DNA of 64,000 nt from an uncultured Bdellovibrionales bacterium (GCA_964556685.1 CAZKWX010000001.1:11417-75416); one strand, 5' to 3'; shown: positions 48,404 to 57,667, counted from the first letter of the stretch. Program-made: numbers and translations. Notes: generated by a model from the sequence alone, not told the origin.

Positions 48404-49105
48404 ATGTCTAGTATTCTTGGAGTTGAAATTGGAACAGAAAGAAAAAAAGAAATATTTGATTTTGTCGATGAAGCCTTGGGAGGCGATAAGCAGAAATATA
48501 TAGTCACTCTTAATCCAGAAATTCTGCTCAAAGCTGAAGGGAATGAAAATTATAGAAATATTCTCAATAGAGCTGATCTGAAACTCATAGATGGGTTCGG
48601 TATTAAGCTAGTTTCATGGATAAAGAAACTTAAGACAGGAGGAAGAATTGCAGGAGTGGATCTGGCTGAATATATTGTAAAAAAATCAAAAGAAAATAAT
48701 TACAAAATAGGGATTGTAATAAGAAAAGATGGTTTAAGTAGTAGGGAAGAGGCGGAAAATTTTTTTAAAGATTATAACAATTTTGAAATAATTGAAATAG
48801 GGACAGAAAAAAACTACCATTTAAATGGTATATATAATGGTAGGATAGATGTGCTGATAGTTTGTTTGGGTGCGCCATATCAAGAAAAATTCATTTGGCA
48901 AGCCAGAAAACAAAATATGTATGCCAGATTGGCAATCGGAGCCGGAGGGACAATAGATTTTTGGACGGGAAAACAAAAAAGAGCACCAAAGTGGATGCAA
49001 GAAGCAGGACTGGAGTGGCTTTGGCGCTTTCTCAACCAGCCGAATAGATTTTTCAGAATGTTTAACGCTACAGTCGTGTTTTTATGGAAAAGTATTGTGA
49101 ACTAG
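48404..49105 (+). CDS. WecB/TagA/CpsF-family glycosyltransferase (GT26)
   Basis: DGFGIKLVS, DVLIVCLGAPYQEKFI and LEWLWRFLNQPNRFFRM motifs. Confidence 0.8.
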   Translation: MSSILGVEIGTERKKEIFDFVDEALGGDKQKYIVTLNPEILLKAEGNENYRNILNRADLKLIDGFGIKLVSWIKKLKTGGRIAGVDLAEYIVKKSKENNYKIGIVIRKDGLSSREEAENFFKDYNNFEIIEIGTEKNYHLNGIYNGRIDVLIVCLGAPYQEKFIWQARKQNMYARLAIGAGGTIDFWTGKQKRAPKWMQEAGLEWLWRFLNQPNRFFRMFNATVVFLWKSIVN

Positions 49106-49106
49106 C

Positions 49107-49634
49107 ATGAAAAAGAAGACCCAATTAGACAACTTTGAAAATAAATGTTTCGCGGAGGCTATTAAAATGGCCAAGAAGGCTTATGAAAATGGAAATTATC
49201 CTGTAGGCGCAGTAGTTGCCGCAGAGGAAGAGATTATTAGTCAGGCAAGCAATGAGATAAAATCTTCCGGATCGATTGTTAGTCATGCCGAAAACATAGC
49301 CATTACGCAAAAAGGGAGGGAACTGTTGCAAGCGTCTGAAGCCAATAAAGAAATAAGTTTATTTTCTACGCTCGAACCTTGTCTACAGTGCTTGGGAGCA
49401 GCGACCATGAATGGCGTTAAGAAAATTTATTTTATTCAAAAAGATCCAAATGGTGGGGCTTGTGGTATCAAGTATGATAATATCGGACTATATTATAAAG
49501 AATTCTGGCCAGAAATATTTCACGCACCAATCTCAGACGAGCCTTTGAAATTAATGCTTAGATTTTTCCACGAAGAGATTGATCAGGGAAATACGAAGTG
49601 GCCCAATAGGATGTTAAAATTATTAGAGAAATAA
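49107..49634 (+). CDS. CMP/dCMP-type (cytidine/deoxycytidylate) deaminase
   Basis: HAE ... PCLQC zinc-binding motifs. 175 aa. A TadA-like tRNA adenosine deaminase cannot be excluded. Confidence 0.65.
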   Translation: MKKKTQLDNFENKCFAEAIKMAKKAYENGNYPVGAVVAAEEEIISQASNEIKSSGSIVSHAENIAITQKGRELLQASEANKEISLFSTLEPCLQCLGAATMNGVKKIYFIQKDPNGGACGIKYDNIGLYYKEFWPEIFHAPISDEPLKLMLRFFHEEIDQGNTKWPNRMLKLLEK

Positions 49635-49636
49635 AA

Positions 49637-50224
49637 ATGAAAAGAAAAATAGTTTTAGCATCACAATCACCCAGAAGAAAGCAGCTCTTAGAGCAAATTG
49701 GTTTGAACGATTTTGAAGTGAGAGAAAGTGAATATGAGGAAGACATGACGATTAATAAGGCCCCAGAGGAACTAGTTAAATTGCTAGCCTTAGAAAAGAC
49801 AAGAGATGTAGCTAAGCATTATGATGATGCAATAATAATCGGGGGAGACACCGTGATTGAATTTGAAGGGAAAGTTTTAGGCAAACCAGCAGACAAAACC
49901 GCAGCGAGAAAACTATTAAAAAAATTGTCTGGCAACAAGAATCGTGCGCTATCAGGACTAGCAATTATCGATACAAAAGCAAAAAAAGAAGTAGTTGATG
50001 TTGGAGAAGCTCAAGTTGAATTTCGAAAGCTATCCGGAGAAGAAATAGACACTTACATTTCCACAGGTGAACCTTTGGAAATGGCCGGCGGCTATGGTTT
50101 AATGAATAGAGGAGCAGTTTTAATAAAAGGAATAGAAGGAGACATGTATGGGGTGATCGCTTTTCCTTTAAATAAACTATATCTACATTTAAAAAAATTA
50201 GGAGTGGACGTTTTGAAAATGTAA
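49637..50224 (+). CDS. maf: Maf-like nucleoside triphosphate pyrophosphatase
   Basis: IVLASQSPRRKQLL N-terminus. GGDTV and GKP motifs. 195 aa. Confidence 0.85.
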   Translation: MKRKIVLASQSPRRKQLLEQIGLNDFEVRESEYEEDMTINKAPEELVKLLALEKTRDVAKHYDDAIIIGGDTVIEFEGKVLGKPADKTAARKLLKKLSGNKNRALSGLAIIDTKAKKEVVDVGEAQVEFRKLSGEEIDTYISTGEPLEMAGGYGLMNRGAVLIKGIEGDMYGVIAFPLNKLYLHLKKLGVDVLKM

Positions 50225-50290
50225 TGGAGGAGAAAACTCATTGTCTATCTAATTGCTCTTTGCTCCACAGTTTCTTGATTTAGCACACAT

Positions 50291-50316
50291 ACTCTCATAT
50301 ATGCATATATGAGAGT
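50291..50316. promoter_or_regulatory. 26-bp perfect palindrome (family E), ~55 nt upstream of the TrpR-like gene
   Basis: ACTCTCATATATGCATATATGAGAGT. Candidate operator or attenuator. Confidence 0.7.
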
Positions 50317-50370
50317 GGATGATAGAATTGTAATGCAAGGTATTTCTTATAAAATTTCTTATAAAAAAAT

Positions 50371-50787
50371 ATGGCAAAAAGAAGAGTATACGAAGTAGAT
50401 CAAAAAGAACGATATCGGATGTTGAATGATTTTTTTGAAATGGTTGCTGGAATAAAAACAAAAAAGGAGGCCGCAAACTTTTTCAAGGACATGCTAACCC
50501 CAAGCGAATCGCTGATGATTACTCGTAGAATTGAAATTGCCAAGATGTTAATCACGGGACATACTTTTGATGAAATAAAAGACATTCTTAAAGTTGGCAC
50601 TAACACAGTCAATAGTGTCAACCGTTGGTTGTTTACAGGCTTTGGTGGATATTTAAATGAAATAAAGAAAAGTAATAATAAAAGTAGTCTGAAAAATAGT
50701 ATGCCAAAAAGTGAGTGGGATAGTATAAAGAAAAAATACCCAGCCCACTTTATGATTTTTAATCTAGTCGATAAATTTAAAAAATAA
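50371..50787 (+). CDS. TrpR-related YerC/YecD-family DNA-binding protein
   Basis: LNDFFEMV...EAANFFKDMLTPSESLMITRRIEIAKMLITGHTFDEIKDILKVGTNTVNSVNRWL matches the YerC/YecD (Trp-repressor-like) fold pattern. Confidence 0.6.
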   Translation: MAKRRVYEVDQKERYRMLNDFFEMVAGIKTKKEAANFFKDMLTPSESLMITRRIEIAKMLITGHTFDEIKDILKVGTNTVNSVNRWLFTGFGGYLNEIKKSNNKSSLKNSMPKSEWDSIKKKYPAHFMIFNLVDKFKK

Positions 50788-50800
50788 CAATAAACATTTT

Positions 50801-50826
50801 ACTCTCATATATGCATATATGAGAGT
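50801..50826. promoter_or_regulatory. 26-bp perfect palindrome (family E), between the TrpR-like stop and the gltX start
   Basis: 13 nt after the stop at 50787 and ~27 nt before the gltX ATG. Confidence 0.7.
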
Positions 50827-50853
50827 AAAACAGAAGGAGAGTTTTGAATTTAG

Positions 50854-52374
50854 ATGGATAAAAAAAATAGTAAGAAAAAAAAGGATAAGAAAAAAGGGGG
50901 AGAGATTCGAACGCGTTTTGCGCCATCTCCCACTGGGTTTGTTCACGTGGGAAATTTGCGCACTGTTTTGTATAGTTATTTGATGGCTAAAAAAAATAAA
51001 GGCAGTTTTTTGTTGCGAGTGGAAGACACTGATCAAGATAGACGAGTGGAAGGCGCCATGGAAAAAATGCTTGAAAGTTTGCGCTGGGTTGGCATTGAGC
51101 CTGATGAAGGCGTACTTTTGGATAAAGATGGCAAAGTTCAACAAAAAGGTGAGCATGGGCCTTACATTCAATCAGAGAGGCTCAAAATCTACCAGGAGCA
51201 CGTTCTCGGGCTTCTTTCGAAAGGAAAGGTCTATCACTGCTTTTGCACGGAGAATCGTTTGAAAGAGCTGCGAGAAGAGCAACAAAAGAACAAGCAAGCA
51301 CCCAAATATGACGGGTTTTGCCGCAATTTATCAAAGGAAGAGAAAGATGAAAAAATAAAAAATGGAAAAGATTACGTAATAAGGTTAAAAGTTCCCAAAA
51401 ACGAAACCATAGAATTCAAGGATGAAGTCTTCGGAAAAATAAAAATAGATTCAAACACGATTGATGACCAAGTGCTTTTGAAATCAGATGGTTTTCCGAC
51501 TTATCATTTAGCGGTGGTTGTCGATGACCATTTGATGGACATCACTCATATTACTCGAGGTGAAGACTGGCTGCCCAGCACACCAAAACATGTATTATTA
51601 TACCAAGCATTTGGCTGGGAAATTCCGACAATAATTCATTTACCAAATGTTTTGGGACAAAACGGAAAGAAACTTTCCAAGAGGGAAGGGGATGTTGGCG
51701 TTGAAGACTTTCGAAGAAAGGGCTATCTTCCGGAAGCACTGATTAACTTTCTGGCGCTGCTTGGCTGGAATCCAAAGACTGAGCAAGAACACTTCTCCTT
51801 GAATGAGTTGGTGAAAAAATTTGATGTTAACGGTTTGCATAAGGCCGGAGCAGTGTTTGATTATAAAAAACTAGATTGGATGAATAGCCATTACATCAAG
51901 CAAAAAGATGATGCTGCGCTGTTTGGATTATGTCGACCATATCTAAAAAAATATTTAGAGGAAAATAAATTTTCTGCTGCTGATGAATTACTTCAAAAAA
52001 TAGTTACAATCGAAAAAGAGAGAATTAAAAAACTTTCGGAGATCATTGATGACATTAATTATTATTTTACTGAGCCAAAATATGAAAAAGAAATGCTTTG
52101 GTGGAAAAAAATGACTGACGAGGAGCTTGAAAAATCTCTGAAACAATCGCTTGAAGTGCTTAAGAAGTTAAAAGAAAAAGATTACACCATTGAAAAACTC
52201 CAAGAAAAACTATTTGAGGCGGCTGGTGATAAGAAAGGCGAGCTTCTTTGGCCGCTACGAGTTGCTTTGACTGGAGAAGAGAAAAGTCCCAGTCCATTTG
52301 AAGTGGCTTGGATTTTAGGGAAAGAAAAAGCAACAAAAAGAGTGAAAAACGCGCTAAAACTTGTGCAAAAATAA
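50854..52374 (+). CDS. gltX: glutamyl-tRNA synthetase
   Basis: HIGH-type motif PSPTGFVHVGNLRT. KLSKR (KMSKS-type). N-terminal Lys-rich extension. Confidence 0.9.
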   Translation: MDKKNSKKKKDKKKGGEIRTRFAPSPTGFVHVGNLRTVLYSYLMAKKNKGSFLLRVEDTDQDRRVEGAMEKMLESLRWVGIEPDEGVLLDKDGKVQQKGEHGPYIQSERLKIYQEHVLGLLSKGKVYHCFCTENRLKELREEQQKNKQAPKYDGFCRNLSKEEKDEKIKNGKDYVIRLKVPKNETIEFKDEVFGKIKIDSNTIDDQVLLKSDGFPTYHLAVVVDDHLMDITHITRGEDWLPSTPKHVLLYQAFGWEIPTIIHLPNVLGQNGKKLSKREGDVGVEDFRRKGYLPEALINFLALLGWNPKTEQEHFSLNELVKKFDVNGLHKAGAVFDYKKLDWMNSHYIKQKDDAALFGLCRPYLKKYLEENKFSAADELLQKIVTIEKERIKKLSEIIDDINYYFTEPKYEKEMLWWKKMTDEELEKSLKQSLEVLKKLKEKDYTIEKLQEKLFEAAGDKKGELLWPLRVALTGEEKSPSPFEVAWILGKEKATKRVKNALKLVQK

Positions 52375-52426
52375 AGATTTGTTATAATGTTGACTTAAAT
52401 ACCCCGGACAGATCCCGGGAGATTAG

Positions 52427-53713
52427 ATGGGAAACAAAAAGAAAAACTTAAGTATAGCCATTCTGAGTGTCTTGATTGTGACAAGTCTTTTTTTGGTGGG
52501 AGAAAAAACCAAAATTCAACCTATTCAAGCGCTTAGCGACAGAGAAGAGTTAGAAAAGTTAGAAAGAAAGTCAACGGAATATCAGCAGATAATTAATCAG
52601 AAGCAACAGCAACAGACAACATTGGAAAATCAACTAAAATTGATGGACGTTCAAGTGGACAGATTTGGCAATGAAGTTGACATTGTTAAGCAAGACATCG
52701 AACGCTATAAATCGGAAATAGAGCAAACTCAACAACAACTCGAGGCTGCCACCAAAGAATATGAAGAAGTGCGAGCTAGACTGGAAGAATCGATCAGACT
52801 CTATGACCAGATTGATCAAGAGTTCGCTCTGGAATATTTGACTAGTGATGGAGATCTTTCATTGGTGCTTAATCAATCAGAATATCTGGATCAAACTGCT
52901 CAGCGAGTGGCTCAAGTTCTGAACGAGACAGAAGCTCAAAAACAAAAACTGGAGGAAAAGAAAAATGACTATGACAACAAGCGAGCAGATCTTGAAAAGA
53001 GGGAAGCCGAGTTGGGAGAACAGATTTTCTATCTGAATAATGAAAAAATGACCAAAAATGTTCTGCTTGATCAAACGGAAGGAGAGGAAGCGAAATACAA
53101 AAAACTGCTTAGCCGAGTCGAAAAACAAAAGAAGGAATTGTTGGGAGACATTGATTCTTTGTCATCTGAGAAACGAGGAGAACTCGATAAGATTTTAGCC
53201 AAAGCACCCAAACCCAAGAGCGGCTTAGCGTCTACTAGTTGGTATTACGCTCAGGATGATAAAAAGTGGGCTTACAAAAGAATTGGCCTGTCTTCATCGT
53301 TGATGAAAGATTATGGCTGTGCGGTCACTGCGTTAGCCATGGTATTCACTCATTACGGAGAAAAAATTTCTCCTGGTAAGCTTGCGTCTCAGCCAATATT
53401 CTATCGAGACTTGATTGTTTGGCCAAGCACTTGGAAAGGAGTTGATTTGAATTCAAGCATTAACCATGGAAATATTGACTGGAGTCGCGTCAAGAAAGAA
53501 GTTAAGAAAGATCGTCCAGTGATTGTGTTTGTCCGTTCAAGAACCGGGGCAGGGCACTACGTTGTCGTTCATGGAAGAGATAAAAAAGGAAAGTATGTTG
53601 TCCATGATCCATTGTTTGGTGCCAATATCTATCTCGACACAACCGAAAAATTAGTTGGGGCCATTTTTGATACTTCTACAACCGTTGACCAAATGATCAT
53701 TTATAATGATTAG
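52427..53713 (+). CDS. secreted coiled-coil protein with C-terminal C39-like papain-fold peptidase domain (PcsB-like architecture)
   Basis: Signal/TM helix, a ~200-aa Q/E/K-rich coiled coil, then DYGCAVTALAMVFTHYG (Cys) ... GAGHYVVVHG (His) ... HDP. Confidence 0.5.
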   Translation: MGNKKKNLSIAILSVLIVTSLFLVGEKTKIQPIQALSDREELEKLERKSTEYQQIINQKQQQQTTLENQLKLMDVQVDRFGNEVDIVKQDIERYKSEIEQTQQQLEAATKEYEEVRARLEESIRLYDQIDQEFALEYLTSDGDLSLVLNQSEYLDQTAQRVAQVLNETEAQKQKLEEKKNDYDNKRADLEKREAELGEQIFYLNNEKMTKNVLLDQTEGEEAKYKKLLSRVEKQKKELLGDIDSLSSEKRGELDKILAKAPKPKSGLASTSWYYAQDDKKWAYKRIGLSSSLMKDYGCAVTALAMVFTHYGEKISPGKLASQPIFYRDLIVWPSTWKGVDLNSSINHGNIDWSRVKKEVKKDRPVIVFVRSRTGAGHYVVVHGRDKKGKYVVHDPLFGANIYLDTTEKLVGAIFDTSTTVDQMIIYND

Positions 53714-53812
53714 AAAAATTTAGAAAAATTTTTCGGCTAGAAGGTACTGGGAAGTTCGGTGTGTGTTAAAAAAAATGCCAAAGAAAACTTCTCTAAAAAA
53801 TTCGTAAAAAAT

Positions 53813-53847
53813 GTGGCCCAAGTGGGGGAGACCCCATTTTTTTATTC
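53813..53847 (+). terminator. hairpin plus T-tract (GTGGCCCAAGTGGGGGAGACCCCATTTTTTTAT)
   Basis: GGGG-AGA-CCCC stem followed by seven T. Confidence 0.45.
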
Positions 53848-54089
53848 CCGTTTAAAAACCCTGAAAAAAATGTTAGAATTGAGCCACACCCAGACGTAGG
53901 GTAGTAGCTCTGGCGTTTAGTCATTTGAAGTCCTAAAGTTTCTCTTGAGTGAAATTCTGATCAAAGTTAATATATTATATGAGGGGCTGAATGAACCTAG
54001 GATTAAATAGGCATAATGTCGTAAAATATACATTGTGCGACGCACTGTGTTATCTAAGATAAGCTAAGTTCTCATTAAAACACTTTCCC

Positions 54090-54503
54090 ATGCACTCTTC
54101 TCCCGTTCCACAAGGTTTCTCCAAATCTTTTTATATCATCGGAGTTTTAATTTTGATTATTTTTGTATTTTTGGCCTACCACTACGTTCCCTCTCGCAGG
54201 TATGTTGAATTTATTGGCGAAGGATCATCAATGGAACCAACTCTTTTTCACGGCGACACTCTCATAGTTGACCCCCGAGCACTCCCCCAGGAAAATGATC
54301 TGATTGTCTTTAATTGCAAAACCTGTGAAAAGAATAATGAGGAAATTATGACTAAACGGCTCTACGAAATAAATTCTGAAGGATGCTATTGGCTATTGGG
54401 TGACAATCGAGAAAATTCATTTGACTCAAAAGACTATGGATGGTTATGTGAAGATGATATAGAATATCATGGGGTGGTGAAAGAAATAGTTAATGAACAG
54501 TGA
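54090..54503 (+). CDS. lepB: signal peptidase I (S26 family)
   Basis: N-terminal TM helix. SMEPTL catalytic Ser box. KRL (Lys box). GDNRENSFDSKDYGW box E. Confidence 0.7.
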   Translation: MHSSPVPQGFSKSFYIIGVLILIIFVFLAYHYVPSRRYVEFIGEGSSMEPTLFHGDTLIVDPRALPQENDLIVFNCKTCEKNNEEIMTKRLYEINSEGCYWLLGDNRENSFDSKDYGWLCEDDIEYHGVVKEIVNEQ

Positions 54504-54514
54504 GCACCGGCCTT

Positions 54515-54575
54515 CTAACTAACTCCCCGAGCAAAGCTCATCCGCTTCGCTCCACTCTTACCAAGAGGGGGAAAA
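54515..54575. repeat. family A element (3' portion)
   Basis: CTAACTAACTCCCCGAGCAAAGCTCATCCGCTTCGCTCCACTCTTACCAAGAGGGGGAAAAG. Confidence 0.7.
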
Positions 54576-54582
54576 GAACATA

Positions 54583-54620
54583 AAAAAATAGAAGCGCCGT
54601 GTTGCGTTGTGGCGCCTCTA
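54583..54620 (-). terminator. rho-independent terminator of the GNAT gene
   Basis: Minus strand reads AGAGGCGCC-loop-GGCGCTTCT followed by ATTTTTTTAT. Confidence 0.55.
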
Positions 54621-54642
54621 TGATCATAAAAATATTGACTTA

Positions 54643-55080
54643 CTATTGTTGTAGCTCGAGGTAGAACCAGCCGGTGTTGCCGATTTCATGAAAACCCAAA
54701 GAGTTATAAGCTGCTCTAGCTCCCAATCTTTCATCTTTTAGATCGCTTTTCAAAAACAACATTTCTATACCGAAAGCTTCCGCTAAGTTCTTCAGATGAA
54801 TCGTTAAAACACTTCCCAAACCTTGACGCCTATACTGTTTGTCTATGACCATGTCTTCCAAAAGCGCCCCCTTACCAAGACCGTCCATAGCGTTTGCATG
54901 TCCCGAGAGAATTCCAAAGCCTACAACCTCAGTTTTCGCAAGCATAACGTATGGAAAACAATGGCAGTCCGCAATGAGCTCCTTTGGTTCAAATTTCGCC
55001 TTTCTGCTACTGAGCTGTTTCAGCAGCATAGCAACACGATCTGCGTGACATAATTCAAAAGGTGCTATTTTATAACCCAT
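54643..55080 (-). CDS. GNAT-family N-acetyltransferase
   Basis: QYRRQGLGSVL acetyl-CoA binding motif. Strong GGGAGGAGG Shine-Dalgarno before the ATG at 55080. Confidence 0.7.
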   Translation of the reverse strand: MGYKIAPFELCHADRVAMLLKQLSSRKAKFEPKELIADCHCFPYVMLAKTEVVGFGILSGHANAMDGLGKGALLEDMVIDKQYRRQGLGSVLTIHLKNLAEAFGIEMLFLKSDLKDERLGARAAYNSLGFHEIGNTGWFYLELQQ

Positions 55081-55192
55081 GACAAGCCTCCTCCCTCTCA
55101 CGGTATATGATTATTACACTGGACCTCCATAGTAAGGCATGTTAATTATAAGTCAAGAATGAAGCACCATCCCGCATGTTTAAAATATTAAA

Positions 55193-55250
55193 ACTAATAG
55201 ATTCCCGCCTACGCGGGAATGACAAGCTATATATACTTAATACCTAATAC
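55193..55250. repeat. Family F element (CTAATAGATTCCCGCC-loop-CGGGAATGACAAGCTATATATACTTAATACCTAATAC)
   Basis: Mirror of 24632-24683. Immediately upstream of the Cas4-like gene. Confidence 0.6.
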
Positions 55251-55271
55251 AAAATACTTGATACTAACTTC

Positions 55272-56399
55272 ATGAATACCTCTTTTTCTGCCCTGGACAC
55301 GTTCCGCACTTGTCCACTCAAATACAAATATCAACAGATAGATAAGATTAAAACTCCGAAAAGTCCGGAAGCAATTTTTGGGTCGCTGATGCATGATACG
55401 ATGAAATTCATCCACACTGGTCAATTTATTATGCCTACTCAGAAAGAAGCCTTGCACCACTTCTCCACCAACTGGGAACCTGATGTTTTTGAAGATGAAG
55501 TCAAAGAGCGAGCTGCTTTTGCTCAAGGAGTGAACATCGTTCAGAAGTATTATAAGAAAAATGACCCAAACAAGTTTCAAATCGTGGATCTGGAATCACG
55601 TTTCACCATTGAGATTGAAAATAAAAATAAAAAAGAGACCCATTTGGTCTCTGGCTTCATTGATCGGATCGATAAGATCGAGGATGGATTCGAAATCATT
55701 GACTACAAGACATCTCGCAAGCTTCCGCCGCAAAAAATGATTGACAGCAACCTCCAGTTATTAATTTATTTGTTAGCTTTCTTAAAAAGATATCCCAATG
55801 AAGAAAAAAATCTTGGGAAAGTGAAGCTTTCTCTCTATTTTCTTCAACACGGAACCAAACTTTCTGCTCAAAAGAACCCAGACCAACTTCAAGCTGGCAT
55901 CAAAGAAGTTTTAGACATCATTGATCAGATTGAAAATTTAGACTATCCACCTATGGTCACTCCGTTGTGCGATTGGTGCGGTTATCAAAAAATGTGTCCC
56001 ATGTGGAAACACAAATTCAAGGATGAACGAAAATCAGATGCTGAAAAAGAGAAAATTATTGATGAATATGTTGCTCTTGCTGAGGATATAAAAACTAATC
56101 GCAAAAAATTAGGTGAGCTCCAACGAGAAATGTTGGAAATCATGGAAATTGAAGAAGTCGAACGGCTTTTTGGAAAAGATAAAATTGTATCTAAAACTCA
56201 TCGACAAACATTCACCTATGATGAGAAAAAATTAAAACAGATCCTTTTGGATCTGGGCAAATGGGACGATGTAGTCAAGGTTGACGGCGTAAAACTGAGA
56301 AAAATTATGGAAACTTTGCCAATTGACAAAAAGAAAGAGATAGAAGACACTAAAGAACTGAAATCAGAGAGCTTTAGCTTATCAGTAAAAAAACAATAA
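55272..56399 (+). CDS. Cas4/RecB-like PD-(D/E)xK nuclease with C-terminal Cys cluster (stand-alone)
   Basis: N-terminal CPLKYKY. GFIDRID...EIIDYKTS (D ... ExK). C-terminal CDWCGYQKMCP (C-x2-C-x5-C). No cas genes or CRISPR nearby. Confidence 0.55.
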   Translation: MNTSFSALDTFRTCPLKYKYQQIDKIKTPKSPEAIFGSLMHDTMKFIHTGQFIMPTQKEALHHFSTNWEPDVFEDEVKERAAFAQGVNIVQKYYKKNDPNKFQIVDLESRFTIEIENKNKKETHLVSGFIDRIDKIEDGFEIIDYKTSRKLPPQKMIDSNLQLLIYLLAFLKRYPNEEKNLGKVKLSLYFLQHGTKLSAQKNPDQLQAGIKEVLDIIDQIENLDYPPMVTPLCDWCGYQKMCPMWKHKFKDERKSDAEKEKIIDEYVALAEDIKTNRKKLGELQREMLEIMEIEEVERLFGKDKIVSKTHRQTFTYDEKKLKQILLDLGKWDDVVKVDGVKLRKIMETLPIDKKKEIEDTKELKSESFSLSVKKQ

Positions 56400-56429
56400 C
56401 AATTGTTTGTTTAGAAAAGGAGGAATGGT

Positions 56430-56705
56430 ATGGAGATACAACAGCTGTTTGAAAAACTTCGTGAGATGATCAACAAGGGAGAGCCTTTTTTCGATCTACT
56501 TGCACAGGCATTTAAAGCGATGGATGATGAGAAGTGGCCGGAGAATGACGCGGGGCAAATCAAGCATCTTCGACAGAACCTGGCTACCACTATCGAAGCT
56601 CACCTAGCTGAGGCTTTGACTAGGGCTGGTTATTCTGACGAAGAAACAGTCAAAAAAACCACGATCTTTATCCAGATGCTGTTTAGCTTCCCTCCCTCAA
56701 GATAG
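56430..56705 (+). CDS. hypothetical protein
   Basis: Strong AAGGAGG Shine-Dalgarno. 91 aa. Lies 30 nt downstream of the nuclease gene. Confidence 0.45.
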   Translation: MEIQQLFEKLREMINKGEPFFDLLAQAFKAMDDEKWPENDAGQIKHLRQNLATTIEAHLAEALTRAGYSDEETVKKTTIFIQMLFSFPPSR

Positions 56706-56855
56706 CCTTCCTCTTACGCAATAATCAACGCCCACCACTTATCAAGCCCGGTGGGCGTTATGTATTCAAATGGGGTTTGATTATATTGTAAAGCATGCGC
56801 TGGGTGCTTTTTTTACCTTTTTTTCTAGTTATTTTATAATTTTATAAAAAACTTT

Positions 56856-56889
56856 GCGGAAGACCTTCTGGTCTTCCGCTTTTGGTTTA
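56856..56889. terminator. bidirectional rho-independent terminator GCGGAAGACC-TTCT-GGTCTTCCGC
   Basis: Perfect 10-bp GC-rich stem. TTTTGGTTT on the + strand and AAAGTTTTTTAT on the - strand. Confidence 0.75.
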
Positions 56890-56920
56890 AACAGCTTGAG
56901 CGAGCAATAGGTTGACAAAC

Positions 56921-57124
56921 CTACTTTTCGGCTATAACGAGTCTGTCAACGTGTATTGGAAACCTCTCAATTATTTCTCCGTTTGTTATGTCTCTTATTT
57001 TTAAGAGAGGCCCAATGCTTAAGTCGAAACGTGACTTCCCAATTACTCTCCCGATCTGCCATTCATCTTGTTGACTACCAGGACTGCAAGGAACAACTAA
57101 ACTGAATAGGGGTATTTTTACCAT
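56921..57124 (-). CDS. hypothetical small protein (67 aa)
   Basis: AAGGAGG Shine-Dalgarno 6 nt upstream of the ATG. Confidence 0.35.
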   Translation of the reverse strand: MVKIPLFSLVVPCSPGSQQDEWQIGRVIGKSRFDLSIGPLLKIRDITNGEIIERFPIHVDRLVIAEK

Positions 57125-57149
57125 GGTGACCTCCTTACTCTTTTGCAGA

Positions 57150-57300
57150 AAATTTCTATTTCTTTCTCCAATCCCTTATTTCCAGCAATCCCCTGCCTTT
57201 GTCCTTGATGGACATTTTTTGTCGTTCTTTCCAGCCGTATTTATCAACAATATCTCTTGGGATTGTCAGAGAACAACTATATCGCGTGCCATTGTATTGA
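57150..57300. repeat. ~150-nt leader element, copy 1 (upstream of the 56921..57124 gene)
   Basis: Shares TTCTCCAATC...TTCCAGCAATCCCCTGC and CCTTTGTCCTT...TGTTCTTTCCAG..TATTT.TCAAC...TTGGGA.TG with copy 2. Confidence 0.6.
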
Positions 57301-57322
57301 ATGTTTAATTAGAACACTCAGA

Positions 57323-57571
57323 TTACAGGATTTTAATGAATAACCATTCTGGCTGACTTGTTTTTGCGAGATCCATGGTTGCCTCTTCCATTTCAGGGTG
57401 ATCTATATTTGAAGGAATAGTCTTTTCGACGATAAGTTTATCATCATCCCCCCTGCTCAAGGTAATAATCATTCCGGGTCCTTTTGCTTCTGATAATTCC
57501 TTGATCCTGTCATAGGTTAGTTGCATGATTTTTTCCTCCTTAATTTCTTTTATTGTGCTTTTATTAAGCAA
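57323..57571 (-). CDS. hypothetical small protein (82 aa)
   Basis: AAGGAGG Shine-Dalgarno 8 nt upstream of the ATG. Confidence 0.35.
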   Translation of the reverse strand: MLNKSTIKEIKEEKIMQLTYDRIKELSEAKGPGMIITLSRGDDDKLIVEKTIPSNIDHPEMEEATMDLAKTSQPEWLFIKIL

Positions 57572-57667
57572 TTACTAACCCCTAAAAGCATTTTGTCAAA
57601 AAACAATTTCCATAAAGTTCACATAACTTTGTGTGTGGTTTATGCTATCAAAGAACAATGCTAAAAA

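Noticed and set aside
56727-56759. Hairpin AACGCCCACC-loop-GGTGGGCGTT after the 56430..56705 stop, considered as a terminator
   Set aside because: Perfect 10-bp stem but no U-tract. The strong bidirectional terminator at 56856 is a better candidate. The hairpin may still be an RNA stability element.
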